From the NCBI GenBank assembly GCA_963714055.1, contig OY970227.1, positions 298,085-362,084 of the forward strand: DNA of 64,000 nt. The letters run 5' to 3'. The notes under the pieces are model-generated. The model had not been told where the DNA came from, made no database searches, and saw nothing but the letters and a program-made list of their open reading frames with translations. The position numbers were made by a program, and so were the translations under genes. This stretch comes from an uncultured Acidimicrobiia bacterium (lineage in GTDB: Bacteria > Actinomycetota > Acidimicrobiia > Spongiisociales > UBA5794). This document shows, piece after piece, positions 11,311-21,237 of this stretch (positions are counted from its first letter, which is position 1; each line of letters starts with the position of its first letter).

Positions 11311-12799
11311 CGTCGCCTCCCAACGCCTTGATCAGGGCCGCCGGCGTGTCGCACCGGTCGAGCAACTCGCCCACCATCTCCTTCGAGCCCTTCAGCGGTT
11401 CCATCATAGGTACCCGCCTCAACGCCTCCTCGCCGGTGTCGAAGACCAGGGAGTCCCAGTTGGCGGCCACCAGCGCCGGTCCGAACCGGCCGACGCATTC
11501 GCCCCTGAAGTACGCCCTGGTCTCGTCGGGGGGCCGGGTGACCGCCTCCTCGACCTCGCCGTCGGTGAAGAGCCGCTGCATCCTGCTGCCGGCCACCAGT
11601 CGGTGGTAGAGGCCGCGTTCGGGATCGACGTCGTGGTATTGGAGGTCGAGGAGCCGCAGCTTGGGATGGTCCCACGACAGGTCGTCGCGGTCGACGTAGG
11701 CGGCGAGCAGCCGGCGCTTGGCCACCCAGTCGAGCCGGTCGGCGAGCCGCATCGGGTCGATTTCCAGGTCGGTGAGCACCTCCTCCCAGCGCTCCAGCAA
11801 GACCGGGTACCGGTCGCCGAGGTCGACGGTGTTGACGTGCTTGGTTGCCCACTCCAGGTACTGCCACTGCATCTCCAGCGCGGTCATCGTCCCGCCACCG
11901 TCGAGCGGCAGCGGCAGGGTGAGGTCGAGGTCGTGGCTCACCTGCCACGCCGCGTTGACCGGGTCCTCGAGGGCGATCGGCTCGGGCAGCGCTCCGGCCT
12001 CCAACGCCGCCAGCACCACGGCGGTGGAGCCGAGCTTGAGGAAGGTCTGGATCTCGGACAGGTTGGCATCGCCGAAGATGACGTGGAGCCGGCGATAGCG
12101 GGAGGCGTCGGCGTGGGGCTCGTCGCGGGTGTTGATGATGGGCCGCTTCAGGGTGGTCTCCAGGCCCACCTCCTCCTCGAAGAAGTCGGCCCGCTGGGTC
12201 AGCTGGAAGTCCACCGGGGGGCGCCCGTTCTCGGACCCGACCTTCCCCGATCCGGTGAAGACCTGCCGCGACACGAGGAAGGCGGTGAGGTGGCGGACTA
12301 TCTCCCCGAACGGAAGCGCCCTGGCCAGCAGGTAGTTCTCGTGCGCCCCGTACGAGTTGCCCTTGCCGTCGCTGTTGTTCTTGTGGATGAACATGCGCTC
12401 CGGCTCCGGCATGGCGGCCCGAGCCGCGGTGACGGCGCGGGCCATGATCACCTCCCCGGCCTTGTCGTACCGTGCCGCCTGGAGCGGGTCGACACACTCC
12501 GGCGTCGAGTACTCCGGATGGGCGTGGTCGACGTACAGCCGGGCACCGTTGGTCAACACCACGTTGACCAGCCCCGTCTCCAGCTCGGGCGGGAACAGCC
12601 CTTCGTAGCCGAAGCCGCGGGCGTCACGCCCCGGTGACTCCTCGTCGATCGACCACTGGATACGGGCCCGGCCGCCGCGATAGGAGTTGATCACCGTGCT
12701 CGACGAGAGCACCGGGTTGAAGTCGGCCTGGTGACGGACCGTGATGCCGTACTCGGTCTCGGTGCCCAGGACCCTGGGCGCCGCCGAGGGCTCCGTCAC
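11303..12799 (-). CDS. dop: Pup deamidase/depupylase
   Basis: [71 protein letters not shown]. Confidence 0.96.
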   Translation of the reverse strand: MTEPSAAPRVLGTETEYGITVRHQADFNPVLSSSTVINSYRGGRARIQWSIDEESPGRDARGFGYEGLFPPELETGLVNVVLTNGARLYVDHAHPEYSTPECVDPLQAARYDKAGEVIMARAVTAARAAMPEPERMFIHKNNSDGKGNSYGAHENYLLARALPFGEIVRHLTAFLVSRQVFTGSGKVGSENGRPPVDFQLTQRADFFEEEVGLETTLKRPIINTRDEPHADASRYRRLHVIFGDANLSEIQTFLKLGSTAVVLAALEAGALPEPIALEDPVNAAWQVSHDLDLTLPLPLDGGGTMTALEMQWQYLEWATKHVNTVDLGDRYPVLLERWEEVLTDLEIDPMRLADRLDWVAKRRLLAAYVDRDDLSWDHPKLRLLDLQYHDVDPERGLYHRLVAGSRMQRLFTDGEVEEAVTRPPDETRAYFRGECVGRFGPALVAANWDSLVFDTGEEALRRVPMMEPLKGSKEMVGELLDRCDTPAALIKALGGDDG

Positions 12800-14529
12800 A
12801 GGTACTGCCCCGGCGCCACCGCCTCGATGGCGCGCCCGTCGCCGTCGCTGGCGATGAGGCGGACGTACACGATGCGCTCCCCCTTCTTGCCCGAGATCTT
12901 CGCCCAGTCGTCGGGGTTGGTGGTGTTGGGCAGGTCCTCGTGCTCCTTGAACTCCTGGGCGATGGCGGCGAGGAGGTCGCCCTCGGTCATCCCGAGGGGG
13001 TCGCCGGCGATCTCCCGCTTGATGGCGTCCTTCTTGGCCCGGCTGACGATGTTCTCGATCATCGCCCCGCTGGCGAAGTCCTTGAAGTAGAGGGTCTCCC
13101 GGTCGCCGTTGGCGTAGGTGACCTCGAGGAATCGGTTGTTCTCGGAGGTGTCGTACATCCGGGCGACCACCGCCTCGATCAGCGACACCACCAGTGCCGC
13201 CCGGTCTCCGTCGAACCTGTCGAGCTCGGTCTGGGCGTACGGCAGCGACTCGCTCAGGTAGATGCGGAAGATCTGGCGGGCGGCATCGATGTTGGGTCGT
13301 TCGATCTTCACCTTCACGTCCAGCCGGCCCGGCCGCAGGATGGCCGGGTCGATGAGGTCTTCCCGGTTGGAGGCGCCGATGACGATGACGTTCTTCAGCG
13401 TCTCCACGCCGTCGAGCTCGGAGAGGAGCTGAGGCACGATGGTGGACTCCACGTCGGAGGACACCCCGGTTCCCCTGGTGCGGAACAGCGAGTCCATCTC
13501 GTCGAAGAACACGATGACGGGCACACCCTCGTCCGACTTCTCCTTGGCCCGCTGGAAGATGAGCCGGATCTGGCGTTCGGTCTCGCCGACGTACTTGTTG
13601 AGCAGCTCGGGACCCTTGATGTTGAGGAAGTACGACCGGGTGTCCTCGTTGCCCTCCTTGGCGGCCACCGCCTGGGCCAGGCTGTTGGCCACCGCCTTGG
13701 CGATGAGCGTCTTGCCGCATCCCGGTGGCCCGTACAGGAGCACGCCCTTAGGAGGCGACAGGTCGTACTCGTCGAACCGCTCCTTGTGGACGTAGGGCAG
13801 CTCGACGGCGTCCTGGATGGCGATGATCTGCTCGCTGAGCCCGCCGATGTCCTCGTAGGTGATGTCGGGCACCTCTTCGAGGACCAGCTCCTCGACCTCG
13901 GGCCGGACCAGCTTCTCGAACACCATGCCGGTGCGGGTGTCCAGCCTGACGTGGTCGCCGGGGCGGAGGAACACCCCCCGCATCGGGGATGCGATCTCGG
14001 TCACCCGCTCTTCGTCGGCGCGTCCGATCACCAGCAGCCTGGTGTCGTCGAGGACCTCCTTGACCGTCACCACCTCGCCCTGGATCTCGAAGTAGCGGAC
14101 GTCCACGATGTTGCTCGCCTCGTTGAGGAGTACCTCCTGGCCGACCTCGAGCGCCTTGATCTCGATGGTCGGCTCCACGTTGACCCGCAGCTTGCGCCCG
14201 GCGGTGTGGACGTCGGCGGTCCCGTCCTCGTTGACCCTGAGCACGGTGCCGAACGGGTTGGGCGGCGCCGTCAGCTTCTCGACTTCCTGGCGCAGCATGG
14301 CGAGCTGCTGGCGGGTCTCCTCGAGGGCGGCCGCTAGCTTCTGGTTCTGAGTGGCGGCCTGGTTGAGGCGGTTCTTGGTCTCGAGCAGCCGTTCCTCCAG
14401 CACGCGGACCCGTCGGGGCGCGTCCTGGAGCCGGCGGCGCAGGACGGCGACCTCCTCCTCCAGCATCCGCACCGTTGCCCTCAGCTGGTGTGCCTCGTTC
14501 CCACCCTGGTCCACGTCGCTTCCTTCCAT
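12796..14529 (-). CDS. arc: Proteasome AAA ATPase ARC/Mpa
   Basis: N-terminal coiled coil, [22 protein letters not shown]-terminal GQYL docking motif. Confidence 0.97.
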   Translation of the reverse strand: MEGSDVDQGGNEAHQLRATVRMLEEEVAVLRRRLQDAPRRVRVLEERLLETKNRLNQAATQNQKLAAALEETRQQLAMLRQEVEKLTAPPNPFGTVLRVNEDGTADVHTAGRKLRVNVEPTIEIKALEVGQEVLLNEASNIVDVRYFEIQGEVVTVKEVLDDTRLLVIGRADEERVTEIASPMRGVFLRPGDHVRLDTRTGMVFEKLVRPEVEELVLEEVPDITYEDIGGLSEQIIAIQDAVELPYVHKERFDEYDLSPPKGVLLYGPPGCGKTLIAKAVANSLAQAVAAKEGNEDTRSYFLNIKGPELLNKYVGETERQIRLIFQRAKEKSDEGVPVIVFFDEMDSLFRTRGTGVSSDVESTIVPQLLSELDGVETLKNVIVIGASNREDLIDPAILRPGRLDVKVKIERPNIDAARQIFRIYLSESLPYAQTELDRFDGDRAALVVSLIEAVVARMYDTSENNRFLEVTYANGDRETLYFKDFASGAMIENIVSRAKKDAIKREIAGDPLGMTEGDLLAAIAQEFKEHEDLPNTTNPDDWAKISGKKGERIVYVRLIASDGDGRAIEAVAPGQYL

Positions 14530-14646
14530 GGCCCTGCTTCGCACTATAGGCCCGGCCTACCACAATCTCGGTGGTCCTCGGAGGGCGATCGAAAGCGGTG
14601 TCGACGCCGGTAGAATGCCGGTGCGGGTAACGAGAGGACCAACCTC

Positions 14647-14892
14647 ATGAAGGTATGGATCGACCAGGATCTGTGTACCGGAGACGGGCTGTGCGAGGAG
14701 ATCGCACCCGACGTCTTCGTCCTCCTCGACGACGGCCTGGCCTACGTCCGCGAGGGCGGGACCATCTATGCCGAGTCGAAGGGCAACCCGCAGGGCGCCG
14801 CCGGCATGGCCGCCATCCCGGACAGCCAGCTCGACGTCGTCGTCGAAGCGGCCGAGGAGTGCCCCGGCGAGTGCATCTTCATCGAGCCGTGA
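14647..14892 (+). CDS. Ferredoxin (CxxDxxC...CP)
   Basis: MKVWIDQDLCTGDGLCEEIAP...ECPGECI; RBS GAGAGG; TAGAAT upstream at 14611. Confidence 0.92.
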   Translation: MKVWIDQDLCTGDGLCEEIAPDVFVLLDDGLAYVREGGTIYAESKGNPQGAAGMAAIPDSQLDVVVEAAEECPGECIFIEP

Positions 14893-14926
14893 GGTTCGAC
14901 GGCCGGCCTCGGGCGGTTTCGCCGCG

Positions 14927-15436
14927 TCACCGCGTCTCGAGGATGCCGGCGACGTAGTCCGCCTGGCCGGTGTGCTGGGTGGCGTCGTCGACGACGCTCA
15001 CCAACCGCACCGCCAACGTCACCGGCGGGTCCCACCTGCGGTCGACGATGCGGTCGAGGTCCTCCTCGGTGAGGGTGTCGACGACCCCGTGGACGTAGGC
15101 CTGAACCGCTGCGTGGTAGCCGAGCAGGAGGTCGGCGGCGACCCGGACGCCGGCGACGTCCTCAGCGGTGTGCCCGTAGCCGGTCGAGCGGTCGTCGAAG
15201 GGCAGGGCGAACGACGACGCCCAGCCGTCCCGGGTCCACACCTGCTCGTCGCCCTGGGCGCGGGCGACGTGGTCATCCATGATTCGGGTCAGGTGCCAGA
15301 CCAGCCACGCCACCGTGTTGGCGCCGGGAGCGACACGGGCCGCCAGCTGTTCGTCGGAGAGCCGCCCCACGACGCGCGGGACGTTCTCGCTGATCCGGTT
15401 GAACGAATCCGTGAGGATGTCGTTGACCGTTGCCAT
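14927..15436 (-). CDS. DinB-superfamily (mycothiol transferase-like) protein
   Basis: NTVAWLVWHLTR, VDRRWDPPVTLAVRLVSVVDDATQHTGQA. Confidence 0.85.
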   Translation of the reverse strand: MATVNDILTDSFNRISENVPRVVGRLSDEQLAARVAPGANTVAWLVWHLTRIMDDHVARAQGDEQVWTRDGWASSFALPFDDRSTGYGHTAEDVAGVRVAADLLLGYHAAVQAYVHGVVDTLTEEDLDRIVDRRWDPPVTLAVRLVSVVDDATQHTGQADYVAGILETR

Positions 15437-16404
15437 TATCGGTTGTCGCCTCCTGGTGCCGAGGTCTCGCCCTGTTCGCCTGCTGTGCCGCTGCGTCTCG
15501 CCGTATCTGGTGCGTCGGTATCCCCCTCCTCGTCCGCTGTGTTGGCCTTCGGCCCCTGCTGCGACCACTCCTCCCCCAGAGGGGGAGGAGAAACCAGAGG
15601 GGGAGGAGAAATTCGTCTTGCAGTGGTGATGAAACCGGTGTGGCCCACCATACGGTGCGAGGGCCGCACCGAGCGGCCGTCGACGACCCAGGAGCGGTGG
15701 AGCACCTCGAAGGTCTCCACGGCGAAGAAGCCACCCGAGGCGCGCAGCTCGTCGACCAAGGTCTGCACCTGGGGGACGGTGGGCAGGTAGCAGAGGAAGA
15801 CCCCGCCGGGCCGGAGGCGGGTGGCGGCGAGCCGGGCCATATGCCATGGCTCGGGCAGGTCGAGCACCACCCTGTCGGGGGAGACCTCGTCGAGCGCATC
15901 CTCCACGTCCCCCACCCGCAGATCGACCTGTTCCGGGACCGTGCCCGAGAACCCGGCGATCAGCTTGCGCGCCACGGTGGCATGGTCGGTGCGCCGTTCG
16001 TAGCTCACCACCCGGCCCCTGGATCCGACGGCCCTGGCCAGCGCCATCGTCAGCGCACCCGAGCCCGTCCCCGCCTCCAGGACCGTCATCCCCGGTCCGA
16101 TGTCGCCGGCGACCAGGATCGCCCCGATGTCCTTGGGATAGGACACGGTGGCCCGCCGCCCCATCTTCAGCACGTAGTCCCCCAAGGTGGGGAGCAGGGC
16201 CACGTACGGCTCCCCGAGGGTGGTCAGGTGAACGCTGCCGTCGCCGGCGCCGATGAGGTCGTCGTGCTCGATCATCCCGCGGTGGGAGTGGAACTGCCGT
16301 CCGGGGACCAGCTCGATCAGGTAGCGGCGACCCTTGGCGTCGTGGAGCATGCACGGGCCGCCAGAGACGAACTCAGGCTGCATTCCGGCTGCGGGGTTGG
16401 TCAC
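15436..16404 (-). CDS. trmI: tRNA (adenine-58-N1)-methyltransferase, with low-complexity tail
   Basis: YPKDIG, VLEAGTGSGALT, VSYERR, LDLPEPW, RPSHRMVGHTGF; next to the arc locus; start uncertain. Confidence 0.9.
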   Translation of the reverse strand: MTNPAAGMQPEFVSGGPCMLHDAKGRRYLIELVPGRQFHSHRGMIEHDDLIGAGDGSVHLTTLGEPYVALLPTLGDYVLKMGRRATVSYPKDIGAILVAGDIGPGMTVLEAGTGSGALTMALARAVGSRGRVVSYERRTDHATVARKLIAGFSGTVPEQVDLRVGDVEDALDEVSPDRVVLDLPEPWHMARLAATRLRPGGVFLCYLPTVPQVQTLVDELRASGGFFAVETFEVLHRSWVVDGRSVRPSHRMVGHTGFITTARRISPPPLVSPPPLGEEWSQQGPKANTADEEGDTDAPDTARRSGTAGEQGETSAPGGDNR

Positions 16405-16411
16405 GGCCCGG

Positions 16412-16516
16412 TCAGTTGATGAGGACCGCGCTCAACGAGGCGACGAAGGTGAGGACCAGGGCCGTCACCAGGACCCAGACGACGATCTTCACCGACCGGT
16501 CTTGCCGGTCGGGCAT
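16412..16516 (-). CDS. Small single-TM protein (34 aa)
   Basis: MPDRQDRSVKIVVWVLVTALVLTFVASLSAVLIN; ATG coupled to the upstream stop. Confidence 0.5.
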   Translation of the reverse strand: MPDRQDRSVKIVVWVLVTALVLTFVASLSAVLIN

Positions 16517-16782
16517 CAGCCCGTCACCTCCGTCTCCTCGCCATCGCCGTCGTCGTCGACCAGGCGGATCCTGATTGTCTCCCCTTTGCTCAGGTTGGCG
16601 ACGTACAGGAGCTCCCTTGCGGGCGGACGGTGGTTGCGCATCCACGACAAGACGAGGAGCGCGGTCCCCAATGCCGAGGCGGTCGAGTTCCCGGTCCGCA
16701 ACCCGGAGAAGAGCTGCTGCGACCCGTAGTCCGACATCGATCTCGTCCCCAGGCCGAACTGCCTGGCGAGCCAGCGAATCAT
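16516..16782 (-). CDS. Hypothetical membrane protein
   Basis: Translationally coupled ORF with a hydrophobic segment; GC-biased codons. Confidence 0.6.
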   Translation of the reverse strand: MIRWLARQFGLGTRSMSDYGSQQLFSGLRTGNSTASALGTALLVLSWMRNHRPPARELLYVANLSKGETIRIRLVDDDGDGEETEVTG

Positions 16783-16991
16783 CGGAGCCGGATCACCTCG
16801 ACTCGGGCCCCGCCCGTGCCCTTGGACCCGCGCCTCCTACCGAAGATGAAGGCGAGGACGATGAACAACACCACGCCGACGGCGATGGCGGCCCCTGTGG
16901 TCCGCGCCTGCTCCTTGGTGTCGGTGACGATGGTCTCGATCTGGCGCAGCTTGTTCTCCAGATCAGCCCTTTGCACGGTCATGCTGGTCAC
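16779..16991 (-). CDS. Small tail-anchored membrane protein
   Basis: Helical N-terminus, TM helix, basic GRRRG tail; coupled to neighbours. Confidence 0.7.
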   Translation of the reverse strand: MTSMTVQRADLENKLRQIETIVTDTKEQARTTGAAIAVGVVLFIVLAFIFGRRRGSKGTGGARVEVIRLR

Positions 16992-17293
16992 TCCTTGGTC
17001 GAGGCGGCGGTGATCTTGATGAGGACGACGGCCACGGCGGCCATGGCGAGCGCCCCGAGCACGTACCCGAGCGCCTCCCAGTTGGGGCCCTCGGGCAACG
17101 CCATGATCAGGTAGCGGGTGCCGGCGATCCCGAAGAACAGCGCGGAGAGCACGAAGCAGAACGCCGCCCCCAACGACACCCCGGCGAACCGGCCGAGTTG
17201 CTTGGCGGGAACCACCGTCTCCTGGCGGAGGTACTCGGTGGACATCGACACGAACTCTCGGACGTGGTCGGGTAGTTCTCGTACGTCGGCCAT
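16988..17293 (-). CDS. Phage-holin-like (YqjE-type) 2-TM membrane protein
   Basis: EYLRQETVVPAKQLGRF followed by two TM helices; RBS GAGGAG. Confidence 0.7.
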   Translation of the reverse strand: MADVRELPDHVREFVSMSTEYLRQETVVPAKQLGRFAGVSLGAAFCFVLSALFFGIAGTRYLIMALPEGPNWEALGYVLGALAMAAVAVVLIKITAASTKE

Positions 17294-17370
17294 GGTGCTC
17301 CTCGCTCGCCGTCAGGGTAACGCACCGGAACGGCGGCCCGCGGACCCGCAGGGGCCTCGGACGCTTCTGG

Positions 17371-17493
17371 TCAGAACCGCCGTCGGGTGGCGCTGTTCGC
17401 CTTACGCCGTCCCCTGGCGAACCAACCGACGGCCAGGCCGAGCAGGAAAGCGAGGAGCATCCAGACGACGATCTGGCTGGCGATGTAGCTCAC
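17371..17493 (-). CDS. Small membrane protein, ArfB-like
   Basis: SYIASQIVVWMLLAFLLGLAVGWF then a basic tail; directly after the BON/OmpA gene. Confidence 0.6.
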   Translation of the reverse strand: MSYIASQIVVWMLLAFLLGLAVGWFARGRRKANSATRRRF

Positions 17494-17497
17494 ACCC

Positions 17498-18685
17498 TCA
17501 CTCCTCCAAGGCGATGAACTCGATCCGGCGGTTCCGTGCCCGGCCTTCCTCGGTGGCGTTCGAGGCGATGGGCCTGGTGTCACCGTAGGCGGTCACCACG
17601 AAACGGTCCGGGTCCTGGCCGCGTTCGACCAGGAAATCGACCACCGCCTGGGCGCGCCGCCGGGACAGATCCATGTTCGCTGCCGCCGAGCCGACCGAGT
17701 CTGCGTGGCCGGCGATCTCGACCGGCACGTCGGGGAACTGGCGGAGCGGGGGAACGATGTCCGCCAGGAGTCGGCGACCGTCGCGGGTGAGGACGTCGGA
17801 GTTGAACTCGAACTCGATCACCTTGCCACTGATGAGGTCGTCGAGGTTCTCCTGCAGTTCGACCACCTGCTGGCGGGGCGGCGGCGGAGGGGCGTCGACC
17901 AGGGTGAGGGCACTGACGAAGGCGAGCGGGCCGTCCTGGAAGAGGTCCTCTGCGGCGCGGCGGACGTCGGCCCTGACCTGGCGTGAGTCGAAGACGGCGG
18001 ACACGGTGGCCACCCCCGAATCGGGATTGACCACGATCTCGAACTCGTCGACCTCCTGGTTGAGGCGATCGGTGATCGCCAGCACCGCCGCCATCCACTC
18101 GTCCACCGCCGGGACCTGCTCCCGGATCTCCAGCCCCTCGGTGTCGAGTTGGTGGCCGGTGTCGGCCAGGGCCGTGGTGACCCGGTTGATGGCGGACTGG
18201 CTGGGCAGGGTCCCGGTGACGGTGAGGACGTCGTCGGCCAGGGTGAGCACCATCGGATCCGAGGGCGCCGGGACCCCTTCGGGGACGACGACCTCCCGCA
18301 CGTCCAGGCTGCTGAACACCCGCTGCACACCGGGACGGTTCGACACCGTCTCCGGGAGAGCGACGAGGTCCTCTTCGGTGGGGACGGTGCCGTCCAATTC
18401 GATGTCCTGTCCGCTGGCCCGGACCTCGATGTCGTCGAAGCCGGCGCGGCGCAGGTATTCGAGTGTGTCGCGCTGCAAGGCCGCCTCGACGTGGCTCGAC
18501 CCGAAGAACACCGCCGCCGCCGTCAGCGCGATCAGCGCCAGCGCCGACAGCAACCAGAAGGTGAACCCGGAGAGGATCGGGCCTTCCTCGTCCTCCCCGG
18601 CGATGTAGCGGGGGGTGTGCTGGCGCGGGGTCTCGTCGAGGTCCCGGATCCTCACCCTGCCTGTCTTGGAGGGCTTCTTGGCCAC
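17498..18685 (-). CDS. BON + OmpA-domain membrane protein (ArfA/Rv0899-like)
   Basis: N-terminal TM, BON-like repeats (IELDGTV, LTVTGTL), OmpA domain EIAGHADSVG..NMDLSRRRAQAV..GRARNRRIEF. Confidence 0.85.
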   Translation of the reverse strand: MAKKPSKTGRVRIRDLDETPRQHTPRYIAGEDEEGPILSGFTFWLLSALALIALTAAAVFFGSSHVEAALQRDTLEYLRRAGFDDIEVRASGQDIELDGTVPTEEDLVALPETVSNRPGVQRVFSSLDVREVVVPEGVPAPSDPMVLTLADDVLTVTGTLPSQSAINRVTTALADTGHQLDTEGLEIREQVPAVDEWMAAVLAITDRLNQEVDEFEIVVNPDSGVATVSAVFDSRQVRADVRRAAEDLFQDGPLAFVSALTLVDAPPPPPRQQVVELQENLDDLISGKVIEFEFNSDVLTRDGRRLLADIVPPLRQFPDVPVEIAGHADSVGSAAANMDLSRRRAQAVVDFLVERGQDPDRFVVTAYGDTRPIASNATEEGRARNRRIEFIALEE

Positions 18686-18733
18686 GGTGCTCCTGTTGTC
18701 GTCCCCGGCACCGTGCCGGCGACCAGGCGCAAT

Positions 18734-19216
18734 CTACCGGAGGTCCGAGTTCAGGTGATCGAGCAGGCGGTCGACCAAGGCAGCCTGCGCCGGGTTGAGC
18801 AGTCTCCTGGCGTCATCCGGCCCCACCCAGGCGACCCGGTCGATCTCCGGGATCTCCAGGGTGCCGGTCGAGCCGGGTGGCCACGCGATGGTGACGACGT
18901 TGGAGACGACGGTGGCTGGGTCGACGTCGCCTTCGCCGGCGAAGGCGTGGACCGTCTTGCCCGCCTTCTGCACCACCGTTCCCAGGTCTTGCAAGGCCTC
19001 GGGGGCGGGGAACCCGAGCTCCTCGGCGAACTCGCGGCGAGCAGCCGTCTCCGGGTCCTCATCTCCCTCGACGAGCCCCTTGGGGATGCTCCACGCCCCC
19101 TCGTCACGCTTCGCCCAGAACGGCCCGCCCGGGTGGGCGATCAGCACCTCGATCTTCCCGCCGGTGCGACGATAGAGAAGGACGCCTGCGCTGAGAGACT
19201 GCGCCGACCGTGGCAT
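18734..19216 (-). CDS. NUDIX hydrolase
   Basis: HPGGPFW..WSIPKG..AARREFAEELG Nudix box. Confidence 0.9.
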   Translation of the reverse strand: MPRSAQSLSAGVLLYRRTGGKIEVLIAHPGGPFWAKRDEGAWSIPKGLVEGDEDPETAARREFAEELGFPAPEALQDLGTVVQKAGKTVHAFAGEGDVDPATVVSNVVTIAWPPGSTGTLEIPEIDRVAWVGPDDARRLLNPAQAALVDRLLDHLNSDLR

Positions 19217-19304
19217 CCAGTCGAGGGTAGAACCTGGTCGCGCCTGCACCCGCGGCCGCCGTTGTCATGAAGCGCAGGCGAAGTGAGTCGGAAACTCTGG
19301 TTTC

Positions 19305-19340
19305 TGTCACAGCGGTCTGGTATAACGAACGTATGTTCGA
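19305..19340 (+). promoter_or_regulatory. LexA box overlapping start codon, plus PafBC-like promoter variant
   Basis: CGAAC-GTAT-GTTCG at 19326-19339; TGTCAC-N10-TATAAC at 19305-19326. Confidence 0.75.
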
Positions 19341-20532
19341 TACACCGTCAGACAGCGCCGATACCCGCACCACTGCGGCCCGGATCGAGGCCTGGGAGCA
19401 GCAACTGGTCGGGTTGGAAGCCGAGATCACCCAACGCCGCGCCGCCCAGGTCGAGTTGCTCCGCAAGCTGGACCGCCACCAGGTGGACGCCGGGGCGGGG
19501 ATGCGCACCATGGGTGACTGGGTATCCGCCCACCTCGACGTGTCCTCCCAGACCGCCAACCGGCTGTGGCAACTGGCCAGAGCCGGCAACGAGCGGATCG
19601 ACACCCTGATGGCCGACGGTCGCTGCGGCCTGGACCGTGCCGCGGTGCTGGTCAAGCTCCACGCCGCCGGGGTGAACGAGGACCAGCTGGGTGACCCCAC
19701 CGCCATCCGGGTTCTCGCTGGGACGGTTGTACGGGTTGCTCGAGCGGGTCCGGTCCTTCACCCACCATGACGAACGGAATGCGTTCGAGCACCGGTACCT
19801 GGTGATCCAACCCTCCCTCGACGACGCCGCCTACAAACTATGGGGACTCCTCCCCGGCGTCGACGGGCACGTCATCGCCGCCGCCTTGCGACAAACGAGA
19901 GACCGAACTCCCCGTCCTCCCCGGTGAAGGGAACGGTCAGGGGCAACGCCGCGCCGACGCCCTCACCGCCATCTGCCTCGACACCCTCACCGGCACACCG
20001 ATCGACACCGGTGACGGTGACCAGACCCGGGCGGTCACCGTCGCCGAGGTGTTCGTCGACGCCGGCCTCGCCACCCAGCGACGGTGGCGAAACCGGTGCC
20101 ACCCTGCCGTCGGGGGTCAAGGCCGGTCCCAACACCCTCGCCGAGATCCTGTGCGGCGGCAAGGTCCGGGTCATCGCCACCGACGGGCTCCACCCCATCG
20201 CCTACACCGACCGCACCGACACCATCCCCCCGGTCATACGCCGCTTCGTGCAATGGCGGGACATGGGTCAATGCTCCATTGCCGGCTGTCACAGCCGCTA
20301 CCGGATCCAACCCCACCACATCAAAGAACGACACCAAGGCGGCGACCACGACCCGGACAACCTGGTCAGCCTCTGCTGGTACCACCACCACGTCGCCATC
20401 CACCAACTCGGCTACACCATCGACCCCGACACACCCACCCACCGACGACGACTGCTCTCCCCCCGCCAACCCACCGGGCCACCCCTACGCGACCACTACC
20501 CGCACCTAGCGACCATCGCCACAGCCGCATAG
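19333..20532 (+). CDS. HNH endonuclease (DUF222/13E12-like), several frameshifts
   Basis: C-terminal RD..CSIAGC..QPHHIKERHQGGDHDPDNLVSLCWYHH; N-terminal pieces in three frames. Confidence 0.8.
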
Positions 20533-20661
20533 CCGAGGTCGAGCCCCGGTCGACCGATCCCGGAGCCCAGGCAGGTCGACCTGAAGCGAAATGGGTTGTT
20601 CACCCGATGCGGAGCCCGACCGTCCGCTGCATCGTGGCCGGGTCGAGCGTGGGAGGACGCA

Positions 20662-21120
20662 ATGATCGAGATCGGGTTCCAACGACAGACTTCCGTTCCG
20701 CCGGATGTGGTCCTGGCGGCGGCGATCGACTTCTCGGACCGACGCCCGGATACCTGGACGATGCTCGACCCCGAGACATACCGAGTCCATGAGGTTGGTG
20801 CTGCGTCGGCGGACGTCACCGAGGGCACTGCGGTGATGGGCGGCATCTGGGCGCGGGAAGAGTACGACTGGTCGCTCCCGGGCACCGTGCGGGCGGTCGT
20901 CCGGGAGTCCAACGTCTTCGCCCCGGGGAGCAGCTGGGAGCTGACCGTCGAAGCCCTGCCCGGCGGCGGCTCCGGCGTCTCATGGCTGGCGCGGCGCCGG
21001 GGCGCCGGCTTCAAGGGCCGGCTGCTGACGACGATGCTGCGGTTCCGCGGCGAGAAGATGCTGGCCGGATACCTCGAGGAGACGCTGGCACGTCTCGAGG
21101 GGTCGGCAGCGGTCGAATGA
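20662..21120 (+). CDS. SRPBCC/polyketide-cyclase-like protein
   Basis: DFSDRRPDTW..ADVTEG..WAREEYDWS..SNVFAPGSSW; RBS GGGAGG. Confidence 0.7.
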   Translation: MIEIGFQRQTSVPPDVVLAAAIDFSDRRPDTWTMLDPETYRVHEVGAASADVTEGTAVMGGIWAREEYDWSLPGTVRAVVRESNVFAPGSSWELTVEALPGGGSGVSWLARRRGAGFKGRLLTTMLRFRGEKMLAGYLEETLARLEGSAAVE

Positions 21121-21237
21121 CGGGGGGCCGGCTGGGCGGCCGGCGAGTCCGGCGGCCTTCTGTCTATCCAGCCTCAGCAGGTGCGAACGGTGCACCCGGT
21201 GGTCGTTGTCGTGGAACTTGCCATGGGCGAGGAGATA

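Noticed and set aside
16988-17293. Prophage suggested by the holin-like gene
   Set aside because: No endolysin, integrase or structural genes; this family is common in chromosomes
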